Shown piece after piece: positions 18,172 through 29,731 of a DNA stretch of 64,000 nt (positions are counted from its first letter, which is position 1; each line of letters starts with the position of its first letter). The translations under genes were made by a program, and so were the position numbers. The stretch comes from a virus (taxonomy: Duplodnaviria; Caudoviricetes): positions 9,570 through 73,569 of the IMG/VR virus record IMGVR_UViG_3300042257_000126; one strand, written 5' to 3'. Below the pieces are notes generated by a model. It saw only the letters and a list, made by a program, of their open reading frames with translations. It did no database searches and had not been told where the DNA came from.

Positions 18172-21100
18172 TCATTGAATAATTTCTGCATCCTTATCAT
18201 ATTTCACAGGAAAATCCTGTGATGCTGCAAACACAGCTTTCTTGGCATTATCGACAATCTCCCTCCATGACTTATCCAAAAAGTCAACCATCTCCTGCCC
18301 TTCCAAACCATCATTTGCTGCCTGCTGAACAGCTTTCTCAAAAGCCATTCCAATTGCCTGATCGTAGTCGTTAAACAACTCTACCTCGTTTCTCCTGCCG
18401 AAACCTCCCTTTAATTTTCTTCTAACAATATTACCGTCTTCGTCATATAGCAAAAACGATGTGTTATTCATTTCGTGAATAGGGCGTTTGTACCCATTAT
18501 TAAGATAATACTGAATCAACGGATTCTCCTTACTGTTGCCAATAATCGACTTAACAGAAAAAGCAGCCGGTATTTCGTATCCAAACACGTCTAACGCCGT
18601 TCTCCCGAATGGCTTCACCTTGCCATAAAACGGTATGTATTGCAACAACTTTTCATATCCTGTAATGGCAGTCTTGTGTGGTTCTCCATTTACGGTGTCC
18701 CATATATCTTCAAAATCACTAAACACACGTGGAACAGGTATAAACCCCGTTCCCATGCCTCCTGTAAGTTGAAGTAACTTATTAAAACCATCATCTCCCC
18801 CTTTGGTTATATCAAAGAAAGCATCTGTCAATTTCCTTAATCCAAATATAGGCGTAGTTTCCAATATAAGCGGAATACTAACCAACAATCCTTCGAGAAA
18901 CAGTGCCATATCCGATTTTTCGCTACCCTGATACCTCTGCTGATCCCTCATGTACCCAATAGCCATCAATGGGGGGGCAAATTGGCGAAGCAAGCGATAG
19001 TCAATATGGAAATCCTTTTCGCGATTAAAGGGGTTTGTAACAATAATAGAATACTGCCTCCATCCAGTCGGTTCTAATTCTTTTTTGTTTCGTTTATAAT
19101 CACCAGTGCCATTAAGCGTAATCTGCAATACAGGGTCTTCGTCATCCTCTCCGGGTTCTGTTAATATGTACAACAGGGTATATAGTGTGGCAAGCTGCCA
19201 TATCCATCTTTTAGATGTCGTTTTTTCCAACTCAGTCATTTCAACCCTATAAGGATCGTTTTTACCCAAAAATATTCCATACCTGCCCTTTCTCGCACGA
19301 TCAATAGCGACCAACAAATGACCGCCCAATGCACCTGTGGCAACGTTAGCAACTATACGGGTAAATGCCATAACTAATGCCAGTGGCTTAACCTTAATTT
19401 CCTTTCCTTCCTGAAAAGTAAAAACAGGTCGTCCCTTTTTGGTTATGTTTTTTAGTTGGTAAATAGGCTTTCTGAACGTCGCTTCAACTTTTCGTAACAT
19501 TTGATTAGACGCCACAGTAACCACTCTTCCAATAAGCCCATACGGAGCGATATTACCCAAAGTCCTTCCTGCTATATCATACGCATCTTGAACAATGTTA
19601 ATCGGTCTGGCCTCGTTAATCAGCTCATAAACACGGATAGCTTTTCCCATTTTGGAGTAACCTGTTCGTGGTTCTCCCAACGATTCTTGCAGGTCGGCAT
19701 ATTCTTGTGATTCTTTTTCAACCTTCGCCTCAATTGTTGCACGTATGTCCGGTGTCAATGCCAACTTTATGTCAATTTCCTTCTGCACTTGTCTTCGCAA
19801 TTCCTTTGTCATTTTCTGACCATAATGTGAGGCCAACACCTCTCTTGTAGCCATTACGTCTGCCGCTACTTCCTGTGCAGACGCATAAATAAGTGAATCG
19901 AATCCCGGAAGCAACCTTAAATTGTACTTCAATGCGTTCTTGTACCAATTCAAAAGTGTCATATTCACCTTGCCTATTATACCGCTACCCTCTGCTGCTG
20001 CAAAATCACCCCTTTCCAAAATACCCGGAATATCGAATCGTTTCTGAATAGGGGTAACGCCTGTCCACATCGTCTCTCTAAGCCGAACACCGCCCTCTTT
20101 CCAATATCCCCTAAAGTGAGCCAATATAGCACGTTTTAACACCATCGGGTTAAGTCCCGCCATCTTGAAAGTTTCTACCCAAGAACTAATGTAAGCCTCA
20201 AAATAGTTCTTCGTATGAGTTCCCATGCCAAACAAAACATTACCGTACCAAAACCCAATCGCTACTTCTGCCGGATCAACCTTTTGAAGCGAATACACAT
20301 ACGACATCAACCTCTGTGCATTTTTGTGGCGTTCCTGTGGGCTTTTGGTTTTCTGAACTAACATAGAAAGATTCTTTATTCTTGTTTTTTCCTCTGAGGT
20401 TAAATTCCTAACGCCATACAAATCCAACATTAATTCGTTACCCTCGACGGTATCAAGAGCGCCTATGTTGACCAATTCAATAAGCCTTGCTACTTCGTCT
20501 TTGTGTTCTTTTTTTGTTTGCTTTTTGTTTTTCTTTCCTAAGTACCTGTCAACTATTTTTGTTCCCTTTTCGGCCATCAGGGTATTAAACGCATTATCAA
20601 TCACATCTGCCAACTCCTGTGCCGCTTCCCCATCAAGTCCGGCTCTTTTCTGTAAATCTCTTATAAGTTGTTGTTTGTGTAACTCCTTGCGATCGTAATG
20701 ATCCCTGACAACATCGTCAATCGAAATGTTTTGTTCTCTTAACGTATCCCGGATCAACTGTTGAACCTGCCGTTCAGACACAGAGAACTCAGTGGCATTT
20801 TTATAAGCCTGAGCCACTCTTTCTTTGTACAACTCTTTTTGTTCAGCAGACAAATCTTCGTTCCCGTCAATCAGGTCATCAACTTCTTTCTTGGCTGCCT
20901 TCCATACACTCATGTATTTATCCTTGTTGACAATAGCCTCTGTAACTATGTCAAGGGCTGATTTTCTTTTTGGCTTTTCACCTTCTTCTGCTCTTTCCTT
21001 AAATTTAGACACAAGGACGTTAACCATTTGCAAGACCGGATCATCCTTCTTTGTCTTTTTGTCAGCCACGTGTCCAAATTCTTTTAACGCCAACCTTTCA

Positions 21101-24100
21101 GCGGCCTCTTGTATCGCCTGTTCTTTTTCTAATGTTTCAACATCCTTCCCGTCAATTTTAGGAATAACACTTTTTGCCTGTTCGTCTGTTAAGGTCAATC
21201 CAACATCAGCAGCATCTTTCTTTAGCTTTTGAACCAACTGCTTAATATTGACAAATCCGAGTTTAACATACTCAACGGCAATGTTACCAAGTATTTCAAT
21301 TTCCTCACTTGACAACCCGACAATAGACATACTTGCAGAACCACGCCTTGCTGCCCTTAACTGATCTTTAAGTGAAGATATTCTATTGCGTATCTTTTCC
21401 TTTTCCGGGTCTTTCTTTCTGGTAGCTTTTTTCTTGGCTTCTACTACACGCTGTTGTTTCCCGACTTCTCTTAGCACACTTCTTCGCAAATCACTCAACT
21501 CGCCTTCAACAATAGTCTTGGTGTCCTTAAAGCTCTTACTCTTGCGAATATCATCACGACGATTGGTAATGCTTCTTTCTATTTGCCTTGCTGTTTTATA
21601 CGGTGTAAGAATTTCCATGATAAGTTTATTGCCAAATATAGCAACGTCCTGACCCGATTCCTTAGCCAAATTATCCTGCATGGACTTCATCACAGCTTGC
21701 TCCCTGTCAATAAAGTCATCACCGTTTTTTAAATCACCTGCCTTTAAGAACTTCTCTGCATGATTTGAATATTCCTGTGCCAACAACGCACCTACAACAG
21801 TTCGTACCCTGCGTGGTAATTGTTTGTTGTCAAATATACGCTGAATCTTATCCAAATCATTCAGTTCCATTATCGACTTGGCAATGGCAATAACATCTTC
21901 CTGCTTCTCAGGATCGTATTCGTGAAGTCCTTTTGCTGCGTATTCCTCTTTTGCTTTCTCACTAAATCCTTCACCAAAGGCATAACGAACACCTAATCTT
22001 GATTCCTTTACGCCTTTTTTTGGTGGCTTGGTTTCCACCCTGTCTTTCTCATCGTCCCGTACACGTACCTGTCGCACCTCTTTTTGCTCAGTCCCTTTTT
22101 CTTGCACTGGCTTTTTAACTTTTTCTCCAATTTCTTCGGCATAACTTTTACTTTTTGTTATTTCATTGTCCTGTAAATCTTCAACCGGAAGGTTGTTTTC
22201 CTTAACGAATGACTTCACGCGATCCACCAACGCCTGCCCCGCTAATTCAAACTCCGTCTTAACGTACTCAATAATGTCGTCAATAAGCTGCTTGCGAATC
22301 TGTTTACGTTCATCACCTACAACGTCTTTTCTTGCACCCGTTAGCCTTGCAGCATTCTCAAATATACGCGCCAACCGTTCCTTGTTCTCTGCTTTTTTTG
22401 TTTCGCGTTCAAGTTTGGCACGTCTCTGTTCCATACTTACCCCAACCACATCTTCTCCTAACATAGCACTGTACACGGCACGCATCTCGTCGTTCAACTC
22501 CAAGTCAATTTCACTGCCTGTGATACCATTATAAATGTCAGTCAACCACTCTTTAAACCTGTCAAACACTTTCTGCAACGCTGTGTTCGGTGCTTTCCCT
22601 TCTGCTAAATACTTCTCAAACCCACGTGCAAACTTCTCACTTGTTTCTGTTGTCCATTCTTTGTGTTTAGCCCATTTTAATACAGCATCGCGTTCTGCCT
22701 TGCTCATGTATTTTTCGTACAAGTGTGCTATTTCGTGTAGCGGTGTGCTGACATTCGGGTCTGTCAACGCATGGATAATAGCATTACCATCCTCTAAAAA
22801 TTGGATTGCTCCTTTTGCACCCTGTCCGCGCTGAAATTTAATGTGTTCTTCTATTTCAGCTACGTTTTCATCAAATATTACATAGTTAAAACTTTCTTCA
22901 TGTGTTCCCTTGCGGGTTATTTCAGTAGGGTATTTTATTCCATCAATTTTAGCATCAAGTAAAAACAAGGACGCTTCTTTAGGTGAACCTAAGTAAGACT
23001 CTATATACTTATAAACATTTTTACCATCAAAATTATCATTCCGAGCAGACGCAGGAACAACACCTTCATCTCTCCATCTTTCAAGATTTTCCCCTAAAGA
23101 TTTATCCTTTTCTTTTATTCGCTGAATAACATCATTGGAAACTTCTTTATCCCACCTCAAATAATTAAAGTCATCTATCGCTCGGTCGCCGTGTAGTTTT
23201 ACTTTGTAGAGGTTGCGCTGCGGAGATTTTATGTTTTTTTCATCTATGCTTAGCACATCATCTTTTATCTTTTGTGCTATATTCATTTCTCTTTTTACTG
23301 CATAATAATCAGTGCCTAAAACATCAAAGTCTTCATCCGTTAAAGAATCGTCTTCAATCAACTTTTTATTTGATTTGATTATTTTATCCAAACTGCTTAT
23401 TAAATCTGCTTTGCTTTTTGATATATCAAGAAGTGGATTGTTCAAGAAAAACCTATCTGACGCAAATTCATTGCCAAGCAAGGAGGAAACATAATCTCTA
23501 AATTCAATACCATTTACTTTGATAACATTCCTGTTCCCCATCTTAGCATACCCCTCTGCTATGCCTTTTCTGTCAGTAAAATACAATCCCCACCCAAACG
23601 CCTGCGCACCTTCTCCTGTTCCTATCTTGTCTGTTGTGAATTTCTCAAACGCATGAGGACTTCCATGCCAAACCGCCTGATACAGATTTCTTGATTCTTT
23701 GCTTAAATCTTCAAGTGTACTTTTCCTGAACTCTATTTCAGAATAAACTTTGGACTTATTCACACCTCTACGTTTTGCTATCTTGCCGATAATTCTATCT
23801 ACAACGACAGCCTGTGCCAACGCCTGCGCCCTGTTCAATCCAAATACTTCACGACCCGCTTTGTACACATCACGAACATTCTTTGGTTTTATTCCTGCGC
23901 CTTGTTCAACTTTGGCTGCTTCGGCTTGCGTAGGGGCTGTTTCAGCCACTTTCTCTTTCTGTGGGGTAGTAACACCTTTTTCGGGAGAAACGCGGTCTGA
24001 GGGCTTCTGTGGGGCTGTGGTGGGCTTTATCAATTGTGCGCTCGCATCCCTATCCAGTACAGATAAAAACGAAGTAGCCATATCAATAGCATCCTGTTCC

Positions 24101-26820
24101 GATTTTGCCTCAACAATAGTATTATTGTATTCCACCGCAACAGAACCGTCATTACGCTTTATGACGTCAACGGAATTACGAACACCACCCTCAATGATTT
24201 TGTTCGGGTATTTCTTTTTAGACCACACACGAATACGCTCAAACATTTTGCCACCGCCTCGATCTTGTGGTGCAGCAACATCTTCTCTGTCTATTTCAAC
24301 ATCAAATTCTTCTTTTTCCAACTTGGTTGGATCATAGAAGTTCGTTCCAGACTTGTTAGTTTCAATAGGCTTATTTACCGCTTCCTCCCCTGCCGCTTCA
24401 ACTGCCTCTGCCGTTTCCTCACCTCTTTCGGTAACTTCGTCTTCGGGTTTCTGTACCCCTTGTTGCGCTCCTTCGCGCTCTTGCATTTCTTTGCCATCTT
24501 CTTTTATCTTTGGTTTAACTTCAACAACTTCTTCTGCTCCTCTTTCGGTAACTTCGCCAGTTTCAGTTTCGCCGACAAACTTACCCGTTTCTGCTTGTTC
24601 TTTTGCATAATTTTCTAATTTAGTTATTTCTTCACCTAAAAATTCCTGCATGGATTCAATCTGTTCTGTCGTGTAAACACGAGAATCAGACTGCTTCATT
24701 GCCTCTAATTCATTGTACTTTTCATACAACTCATCGCTGGCTTTCTTTAAAAACTCATTGGTAACAGGTTCACCATTATCAAGCTGCTCCAACGTCAATT
24801 CAGTGTCATCGCTTATCTCTACGTCAGGCGTTGTTTCCAACCCCAACCGTGCTTGTGCTTCTGCTATCTGTCCGTCTAATTCAGCGTTACCCTCTTTTAT
24901 TGCTTTCACACGTTCCTGACGATACAACTTATCCACGTCAGCCTCTTTGCTTCCATCGGGTACTTCTACACCACGCTCTTTCAGGTAATCCAACTGTGTT
25001 TGCATTTCACCGACAGGTTCAACTTTGCCTACGGTCGGGGTTTCTGTTTCGGCAACACGTTGTTCTTGCCAATTTTCATTTTCTGCTGTTTCCTGAACCC
25101 TTTCTTTAACCTTAGCTTTGGCGTATCGCAAAACATTAGCAGCCATGTCAGCAGGGTTCTCACCAAGTTCCTCTTGTGTTGCCCTGTCGTTTACACTCTG
25201 AATAATTAAATCATATTGTTCTTTTACGCCTAATTCAGTATCACTAAGGATAACGTCAACTTCTTCACGTATATCTTTAGGAACAATATTCTCAAGACGT
25301 TTCATCTTAACCTGATCGTACACGCGACCTGCCTTATCTAAGGTTGTAACAGCCCCTCCCGGTGCACCTACCATTATGGACACAGACCCTAACGTAACCG
25401 CAAGATTTTCTTTGTCCACAAATTCATTCCAAAAAGAACGAAAGTCTTTGTAATCCTTCGGAGCAGTAGCAATCTCACTAAACTTTTCTTCGGTGTATTC
25501 TTCTGCAATATTCTTAACAACGCCAGCATATCCCTTATCTGTTGCAAAGTTGATACCCATCCTTCTAAAAATCCTATCGGCTGCACTGAGGGCATCTTTG
25601 GTAGCAGGATTCTTTAAAAAGATACGTTCTGAAAGCGTTTCTGCACCAAGTTCCCAATAATTGTCCAACATCGACTTGCCAAACGATTCACCCTTAGACA
25701 CGTCCAATGCAATGTTGCGATACAATGTAGGCATTGCAGCAACTTGTATTCCCGACTGTGCCAACTTAGCCCACGCTCCAACACCCATACGGCTTAACTT
25801 TCCCGCCCCCGCAAGTCCCCTAATGGTAGTTGCAGTGCCAGCACCGGCGCCTGCCGTAGCTGCAAACTCTGCCATAAATCCAATGGACTGACCAACGGCT
25901 TCACCTATCTTGAACGAAGTGGGAACTTGTTCTAACAACGATGCACGTGTTTGATAGTTGTCAACAATAGCACGTGCAAGTATTCGCTCATCGGTAGTAA
26001 GGGATTCCCAAAATTCTTTTTTATCTGGATTGTCCGAAAACAACTTATCTTCCATCTGTTTAACAGCGGGATTAGAACGCAAATCATCAGAAAACTTAGC
26101 CCAATCCACCAACCATTTTTCAAGCCCTTTGCCCGTTCCGCTAACAATCGATCCCACACCACCTTCCTCAGATGCAGCCTGACGAACATTTTTAGTGTCC
26201 ATTAAAAGTCGTTCAGTTGCTAACGCCTGTGGATTCTTTAACACTTCTTGTTCGTAATTCGTCCAATTCGGGTTTCCTGTATTTACATCTCCCATCATAC
26301 CAAAAGACACCGGGGGACTGTAAACCTTTCCTTCAATAGCATCAACAGATGCTTTAATAGATTCGATATTTAACGCATTAACATCTTTTAATTTAGACTT
26401 GATGGCTTCAACATCTGAACTAAGTTCAGGAAAATACTCTGGCAACGCATTTAGCCTACGTTTCATATTTTCCACATCAAACAAAAATTCAGTTGGACGC
26501 TCTGCTGACTTAGCAGCCTGATTAACCTGATTGTAAAAATCTAAAGATACACCCAAACTGTTTGCCGCTTCAACCTTGTCCTTATTATCGAACAATCCCA
26601 TATAATCAGGAACAGATTCACGCTCCTGTTCACGAAACGACAATCCCTGAGTAGTTACGTCGTCAGTCCCAACCGAAGTAGAAGGTTCTTCCAAAGATTT
26701 TGAAACTTCCGTGGAAGGTTCTTTTTTTTTTGAATCTCCTTCTATATCTGGCAATGCCGAATAATCGACTTCCTCAATATCCGGTAAAGCGTTATAATCT
26801 ATTTGTTGTTTCTTAGCCAT
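18172..26820 (-). CDS. giant polyvalent virion/ejection protein (ART-like and zincin metallopeptidase-like domains)
   Basis: VWHGSPHAFEKF...GTGEGAQAFGWGLYFT (ART-PolyVal/LPD23-type); GAIQF...STPLHEIAH...SEKFARGFEKYLAEGKAP (HExxH); C-terminal LPD38-like helical region. Confidence 0.8.
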   Translation of the reverse strand: MAKKQQIDYNALPDIEEVDYSALPDIEGDSKKKEPSTEVSKSLEEPSTSVGTDDVTTQGLSFREQERESVPDYMGLFDNKDKVEAANSLGVSLDFYNQVNQAAKSAERPTEFLFDVENMKRRLNALPEYFPELSSDVEAIKSKLKDVNALNIESIKASVDAIEGKVYSPPVSFGMMGDVNTGNPNWTNYEQEVLKNPQALATERLLMDTKNVRQAASEEGGVGSIVSGTGKGLEKWLVDWAKFSDDLRSNPAVKQMEDKLFSDNPDKKEFWESLTTDERILARAIVDNYQTRASLLEQVPTSFKIGEAVGQSIGFMAEFAATAGAGAGTATTIRGLAGAGKLSRMGVGAWAKLAQSGIQVAAMPTLYRNIALDVSKGESFGKSMLDNYWELGAETLSERIFLKNPATKDALSAADRIFRRMGINFATDKGYAGVVKNIAEEYTEEKFSEIATAPKDYKDFRSFWNEFVDKENLAVTLGSVSIMVGAPGGAVTTLDKAGRVYDQVKMKRLENIVPKDIREEVDVILSDTELGVKEQYDLIIQSVNDRATQEELGENPADMAANVLRYAKAKVKERVQETAENENWQEQRVAETETPTVGKVEPVGEMQTQLDYLKERGVEVPDGSKEADVDKLYRQERVKAIKEGNAELDGQIAEAQARLGLETTPDVEISDDTELTLEQLDNGEPVTNEFLKKASDELYEKYNELEAMKQSDSRVYTTEQIESMQEFLGEEITKLENYAKEQAETGKFVGETETGEVTERGAEEVVEVKPKIKEDGKEMQEREGAQQGVQKPEDEVTERGEETAEAVEAAGEEAVNKPIETNKSGTNFYDPTKLEKEEFDVEIDREDVAAPQDRGGGKMFERIRVWSKKKYPNKIIEGGVRNSVDVIKRNDGSVAVEYNNTIVEAKSEQDAIDMATSFLSVLDRDASAQLIKPTTAPQKPSDRVSPEKGVTTPQKEKVAETAPTQAEAAKVEQGAGIKPKNVRDVYKAGREVFGLNRAQALAQAVVVDRIIGKIAKRRGVNKSKVYSEIEFRKSTLEDLSKESRNLYQAVWHGSPHAFEKFTTDKIGTGEGAQAFGWGLYFTDRKGIAEGYAKMGNRNVIKVNGIEFRDYVSSLLGNEFASDRFFLNNPLLDISKSKADLISSLDKIIKSNKKLIEDDSLTDEDFDVLGTDYYAVKREMNIAQKIKDDVLSIDEKNIKSPQRNLYKVKLHGDRAIDDFNYLRWDKEVSNDVIQRIKEKDKSLGENLERWRDEGVVPASARNDNFDGKNVYKYIESYLGSPKEASLFLLDAKIDGIKYPTEITRKGTHEESFNYVIFDENVAEIEEHIKFQRGQGAKGAIQFLEDGNAIIHALTDPNVSTPLHEIAHLYEKYMSKAERDAVLKWAKHKEWTTETSEKFARGFEKYLAEGKAPNTALQKVFDRFKEWLTDIYNGITGSEIDLELNDEMRAVYSAMLGEDVVGVSMEQRRAKLERETKKAENKERLARIFENAARLTGARKDVVGDERKQIRKQLIDDIIEYVKTEFELAGQALVDRVKSFVKENNLPVEDLQDNEITKSKSYAEEIGEKVKKPVQEKGTEQKEVRQVRVRDDEKDRVETKPPKKGVKESRLGVRYAFGEGFSEKAKEEYAAKGLHEYDPEKQEDVIAIAKSIMELNDLDKIQRIFDNKQLPRRVRTVVGALLAQEYSNHAEKFLKAGDLKNGDDFIDREQAVMKSMQDNLAKESGQDVAIFGNKLIMEILTPYKTARQIERSITNRRDDIRKSKSFKDTKTIVEGELSDLRRSVLREVGKQQRVVEAKKKATRKKDPEKEKIRNRISSLKDQLRAARRGSASMSIVGLSSEEIEILGNIAVEYVKLGFVNIKQLVQKLKKDAADVGLTLTDEQAKSVIPKIDGKDVETLEKEQAIQEAAERLALKEFGHVADKKTKKDDPVLQMVNVLVSKFKERAEEGEKPKRKSALDIVTEAIVNKDKYMSVWKAAKKEVDDLIDGNEDLSAEQKELYKERVAQAYKNATEFSVSERQVQQLIRDTLREQNISIDDVVRDHYDRKELHKQQLIRDLQKRAGLDGEAAQELADVIDNAFNTLMAEKGTKIVDRYLGKKNKKQTKKEHKDEVARLIELVNIGALDTVEGNELMLDLYGVRNLTSEEKTRIKNLSMLVQKTKSPQERHKNAQRLMSYVYSLQKVDPAEVAIGFWYGNVLFGMGTHTKNYFEAYISSWVETFKMAGLNPMVLKRAILAHFRGYWKEGGVRLRETMWTGVTPIQKRFDIPGILERGDFAAAEGSGIIGKVNMTLLNWYKNALKYNLRLLPGFDSLIYASAQEVAADVMATREVLASHYGQKMTKELRRQVQKEIDIKLALTPDIRATIEAKVEKESQEYADLQESLGEPRTGYSKMGKAIRVYELINEARPINIVQDAYDIAGRTLGNIAPYGLIGRVVTVASNQMLRKVEATFRKPIYQLKNITKKGRPVFTFQEGKEIKVKPLALVMAFTRIVANVATGALGGHLLVAIDRARKGRYGIFLGKNDPYRVEMTELEKTTSKRWIWQLATLYTLLYILTEPGEDDEDPVLQITLNGTGDYKRNKKELEPTGWRQYSIIVTNPFNREKDFHIDYRLLRQFAPPLMAIGYMRDQQRYQGSEKSDMALFLEGLLVSIPLILETTPIFGLRKLTDAFFDITKGGDDGFNKLLQLTGGMGTGFIPVPRVFSDFEDIWDTVNGEPHKTAITGYEKLLQYIPFYGKVKPFGRTALDVFGYEIPAAFSVKSIIGNSKENPLIQYYLNNGYKRPIHEMNNTSFLLYDEDGNIVRRKLKGGFGRRNEVELFNDYDQAIGMAFEKAVQQAANDGLEGQEMVDFLDKSWREIVDNAKKAVFAASQDFPVKYDKDAEIIQ

Positions 26821-28502
26821 TAATCTACAATTTTATATTGGTCTCCAAACCGTGCCTGAACTTGCGCCTTCGTATAGTTCTTTCCTTTAGCTTCATTGTA
26901 TTTAGAAACAGAAAGCACGGGTTTTTCATTTCCTTCACCCCGACCAGTCTCACCCTTTGTTTCACCAACATCAATCGGTTGAAGATTCATAACATCCTTC
27001 CCTTCTACAAGAGCTTTTTTTCTCCACCCTGCCAACAAGGGCTTGTGCCTTTCATACGGCAACTTAAAAATACTTTCTGCCCCTACATCTTTTTTCTTTC
27101 TGAACCTATAAGTGAACGTTTCACGTTTCTTAAACTTATCCCTTTTACTATCTCTGGTTCTATAATCAACAGTGCCAGACACCACAATTATATCGCCTTC
27201 TTCCCTCATGGGATTTAAAGATACATTATCCACAACAATATTTCGATTGCCCTTTTCCCTTCTAAGTGTACTCTCAACCGCAGGTTGCATTTTGGAAATA
27301 TCCTTCAAATCATCAACAGTAGCCAATTTTTTGTTGGCTGCCTCCTCTGAATCAATAGAAGTTCTCGTACCAATACCACCAGCAGTATCTAACGCTTCAT
27401 ACCCAACCTTCCCGTCTTTCATCACATATCCACCTTCACCCTGCGCTAAGATGACCGGTTCCCCCGTTTTTTTGTCGTAACCAACACCCATTATACGGAT
27501 AGGTTGCCTTCCGCTTATTGGCTTTCCTGTGGTTGTATTAATAGCACCAGATTCTTCCCCTATTATAGTTGGCTTTTCTGGTGTAGCAACGTCTCCGGGC
27601 GTACCTACCATTAAAAATTCCTGATCGCCAAACGATACGTCCTGTAAATCATAATTTGTAGCACCCTTGTAGAAACCGCTATCACCTGTACTCTGACGAT
27701 ACGGCTTCATTTCTTCCAATATCCGTGTGATGTTATCTTCCACAGCCTGCTTTTCACGTGCATACGCTTCTGGATTAAGAGAACCGTCAGGATTTGTGTA
27801 ACGATATTTTATACGCGGGTCTTCCAACAATCTGTCACGCAAATTAACCGCTTTCTCTGTTAATGCCTGTGTTTTCGGATCAAGACCAACCAATTCCGTC
27901 TGTTTAAACACATTTCCACTAAATCCACCAACTGCGTATTGCTCTAATGATTTTAATTCGTTTCCGTAAAACTTCGACACAATATCACCAACGCTGGCCG
28001 GCACTCTGTTTTTCACAACCATTGCCAGCGGATCACCAATAAACTCGCCTCTATCCAACGCTTCTTCTGCTTGCCTCAACTCATCAACAACACGCGGGTC
28101 ATAAGAATCATAATTAGCAACAATCATGTCCTGTGCCTTCGCCAACTGCTTCAACTGAAAAACGTCTGCCGCCTGCCGTTTCTGTAAATCAACAAACCCG
28201 TCCTGTATTTCACGTTCATCGTCTAACGACAATTTCCCCTGATTGCTTATTAATTTATTTCTTACATTATCACGATATTTTTCTATCTCTTTCTGATAAC
28301 GAACACGCATATTTTGCGACAACCCTTCTATTGTAGAAATAGACATTGCCTTCAATGCTTTCTTTACGTTTTCGCTTACCTCTAACTTATTAGCTTCTAT
28401 TTCAGCCAAACGAGTTTCAACAGCAGAACGCATGAATATCTGTCCTGCCGAAGCTATATCAAGTGGTGTGCTGCTTACGCCTGTTGCAAATCCGTTTGCC
28501 AT
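26820..28502 (-). CDS. putative ejection (internal virion) protein
   Basis: Lies between a pilot-like protein and the giant protein, the usual podovirus three-gene arrangement. Confidence 0.65.
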   Translation of the reverse strand: MANGFATGVSSTPLDIASAGQIFMRSAVETRLAEIEANKLEVSENVKKALKAMSISTIEGLSQNMRVRYQKEIEKYRDNVRNKLISNQGKLSLDDEREIQDGFVDLQKRQAADVFQLKQLAKAQDMIVANYDSYDPRVVDELRQAEEALDRGEFIGDPLAMVVKNRVPASVGDIVSKFYGNELKSLEQYAVGGFSGNVFKQTELVGLDPKTQALTEKAVNLRDRLLEDPRIKYRYTNPDGSLNPEAYAREKQAVEDNITRILEEMKPYRQSTGDSGFYKGATNYDLQDVSFGDQEFLMVGTPGDVATPEKPTIIGEESGAINTTTGKPISGRQPIRIMGVGYDKKTGEPVILAQGEGGYVMKDGKVGYEALDTAGGIGTRTSIDSEEAANKKLATVDDLKDISKMQPAVESTLRREKGNRNIVVDNVSLNPMREEGDIIVVSGTVDYRTRDSKRDKFKKRETFTYRFRKKKDVGAESIFKLPYERHKPLLAGWRKKALVEGKDVMNLQPIDVGETKGETGRGEGNEKPVLSVSKYNEAKGKNYTKAQVQARFGDQYKIVD

Positions 28503-28504
28503 AA

Positions 28505-29269
28505 TTAACCTCCTATTGGTTGAACGGGTTGACGATTGTAGTTAATATTCAAAGTAGGTTGCTGATACCCCATATTATTAGACGGCAAACCCTGTCTCGA
28601 TGGCTGATTCATAACATTGCCCCAATATTGGTTTTGTGGTGGTGTTAATCCGTATTGTTGCATCATAGCATCGTACTGATTTTGTGCACTTGCTACCTGC
28701 GCTGCTCCTGCTGCTGTACTTCCCAACGCAGACATACCCATTCCTATTTCCTGCGTGCCTCTTGTTTGATACGCTTCTGCCTGTCCCAACATTTGATTGT
28801 AAGGATAAAGAACATTATACTGCCACTTCTGATCTTCATATTGTGCCATTTGTCCTAACGCGCCTTGCAATTGGTTCTGCATCGTGTCGTACCGTCTGGC
28901 TCCCTGCATTACAATATCTTGTTCTCCTAACATCTGATTACCAAACACGGACGCTAACACGCCAAGAACATCACTTGAACTTGTTGCCGCTTGCTTAGCC
29001 TGACCCACTGCCTGTCCAGTCACCTGACCCATCCGTTCACGTGCAATATCCTCACCGGGCATCCTCAATCCACTTGCCTGTCGTTCAGCTACCCCTAACG
29101 CAGCCTTAGCGGATTCAGGTATCTTGTATTTATTTTTTTCGTAAAATGACTGTGCTTCTTTTAGCTTACGCGATCCTTTTACCCTGTCGGCAATGCCCAA
29201 ACCAGTCTGCGCTAATCCGGTTACACCACCCACAATAAGTCCTGCTGTCATTAATCCACCTAAAGGCAT
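28505..29269 (-). CDS. putative DNA-transfer/pilot ejection protein
   Basis: Gly/Ala/Gln-rich with a hydrophobic N-terminal helix. Confidence 0.7.
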   Translation of the reverse strand: MPLGGLMTAGLIVGGVTGLAQTGLGIADRVKGSRKLKEAQSFYEKNKYKIPESAKAALGVAERQASGLRMPGEDIARERMGQVTGQAVGQAKQAATSSSDVLGVLASVFGNQMLGEQDIVMQGARRYDTMQNQLQGALGQMAQYEDQKWQYNVLYPYNQMLGQAEAYQTRGTQEIGMGMSALGSTAAGAAQVASAQNQYDAMMQQYGLTPPQNQYWGNVMNQPSRQGLPSNNMGYQQPTLNINYNRQPVQPIGG

Positions 29270-29270
29270 A

Positions 29271-29693
29271 TTATATTGTGTTAAATTTATACGCTACTCC
29301 ACCATCAACTTCATAAAACTTAACACCACCGTTCTTTTCAAAAAAACGAATAGCGTTATAGTTGTCACTCCACACGCAAATAAAAAACGAATATCCAAGC
29401 AATTCTCTTAATGCCTCCCAGAACAATTCCTTTTTATCGCGGTGTTCTACCTTTATTCCAAAAGACCTGACAACGCTTAATTCTTTATCAACAGCAACAA
29501 AACCATATTCGTCACCATAAGAATAAACTTCTACGTTACCAAATCCATCAAACAAAGAACTCATGGTGTGGCGAACAAGCCCGTCTAAAGTTTTATCGTC
29601 TCCGTGCCATCTTCTTAAATACAAATCTTCATCTGTACTAAACACGTTCCGAATAAGAACTTCTATTTCATCACCAAAGACTTGTTTCACCAT
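29271..29693 (-). CDS. GNAT-fold acetyltransferase-like protein
   Basis: SFGIKVEHR...VWSDNYNAIRFFEKNG; podovirus position just before the ejection genes. Confidence 0.7.
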   Translation of the reverse strand: MVKQVFGDEIEVLIRNVFSTDEDLYLRRWHGDDKTLDGLVRHTMSSLFDGFGNVEVYSYGDEYGFVAVDKELSVVRSFGIKVEHRDKKELFWEALRELLGYSFFICVWSDNYNAIRFFEKNGGVKFYEVDGGVAYKFNTI

Positions 29694-29731
29694 ATTTTTA
29701 ACACAAAGATACAATGTTAATGTATCGCAAT

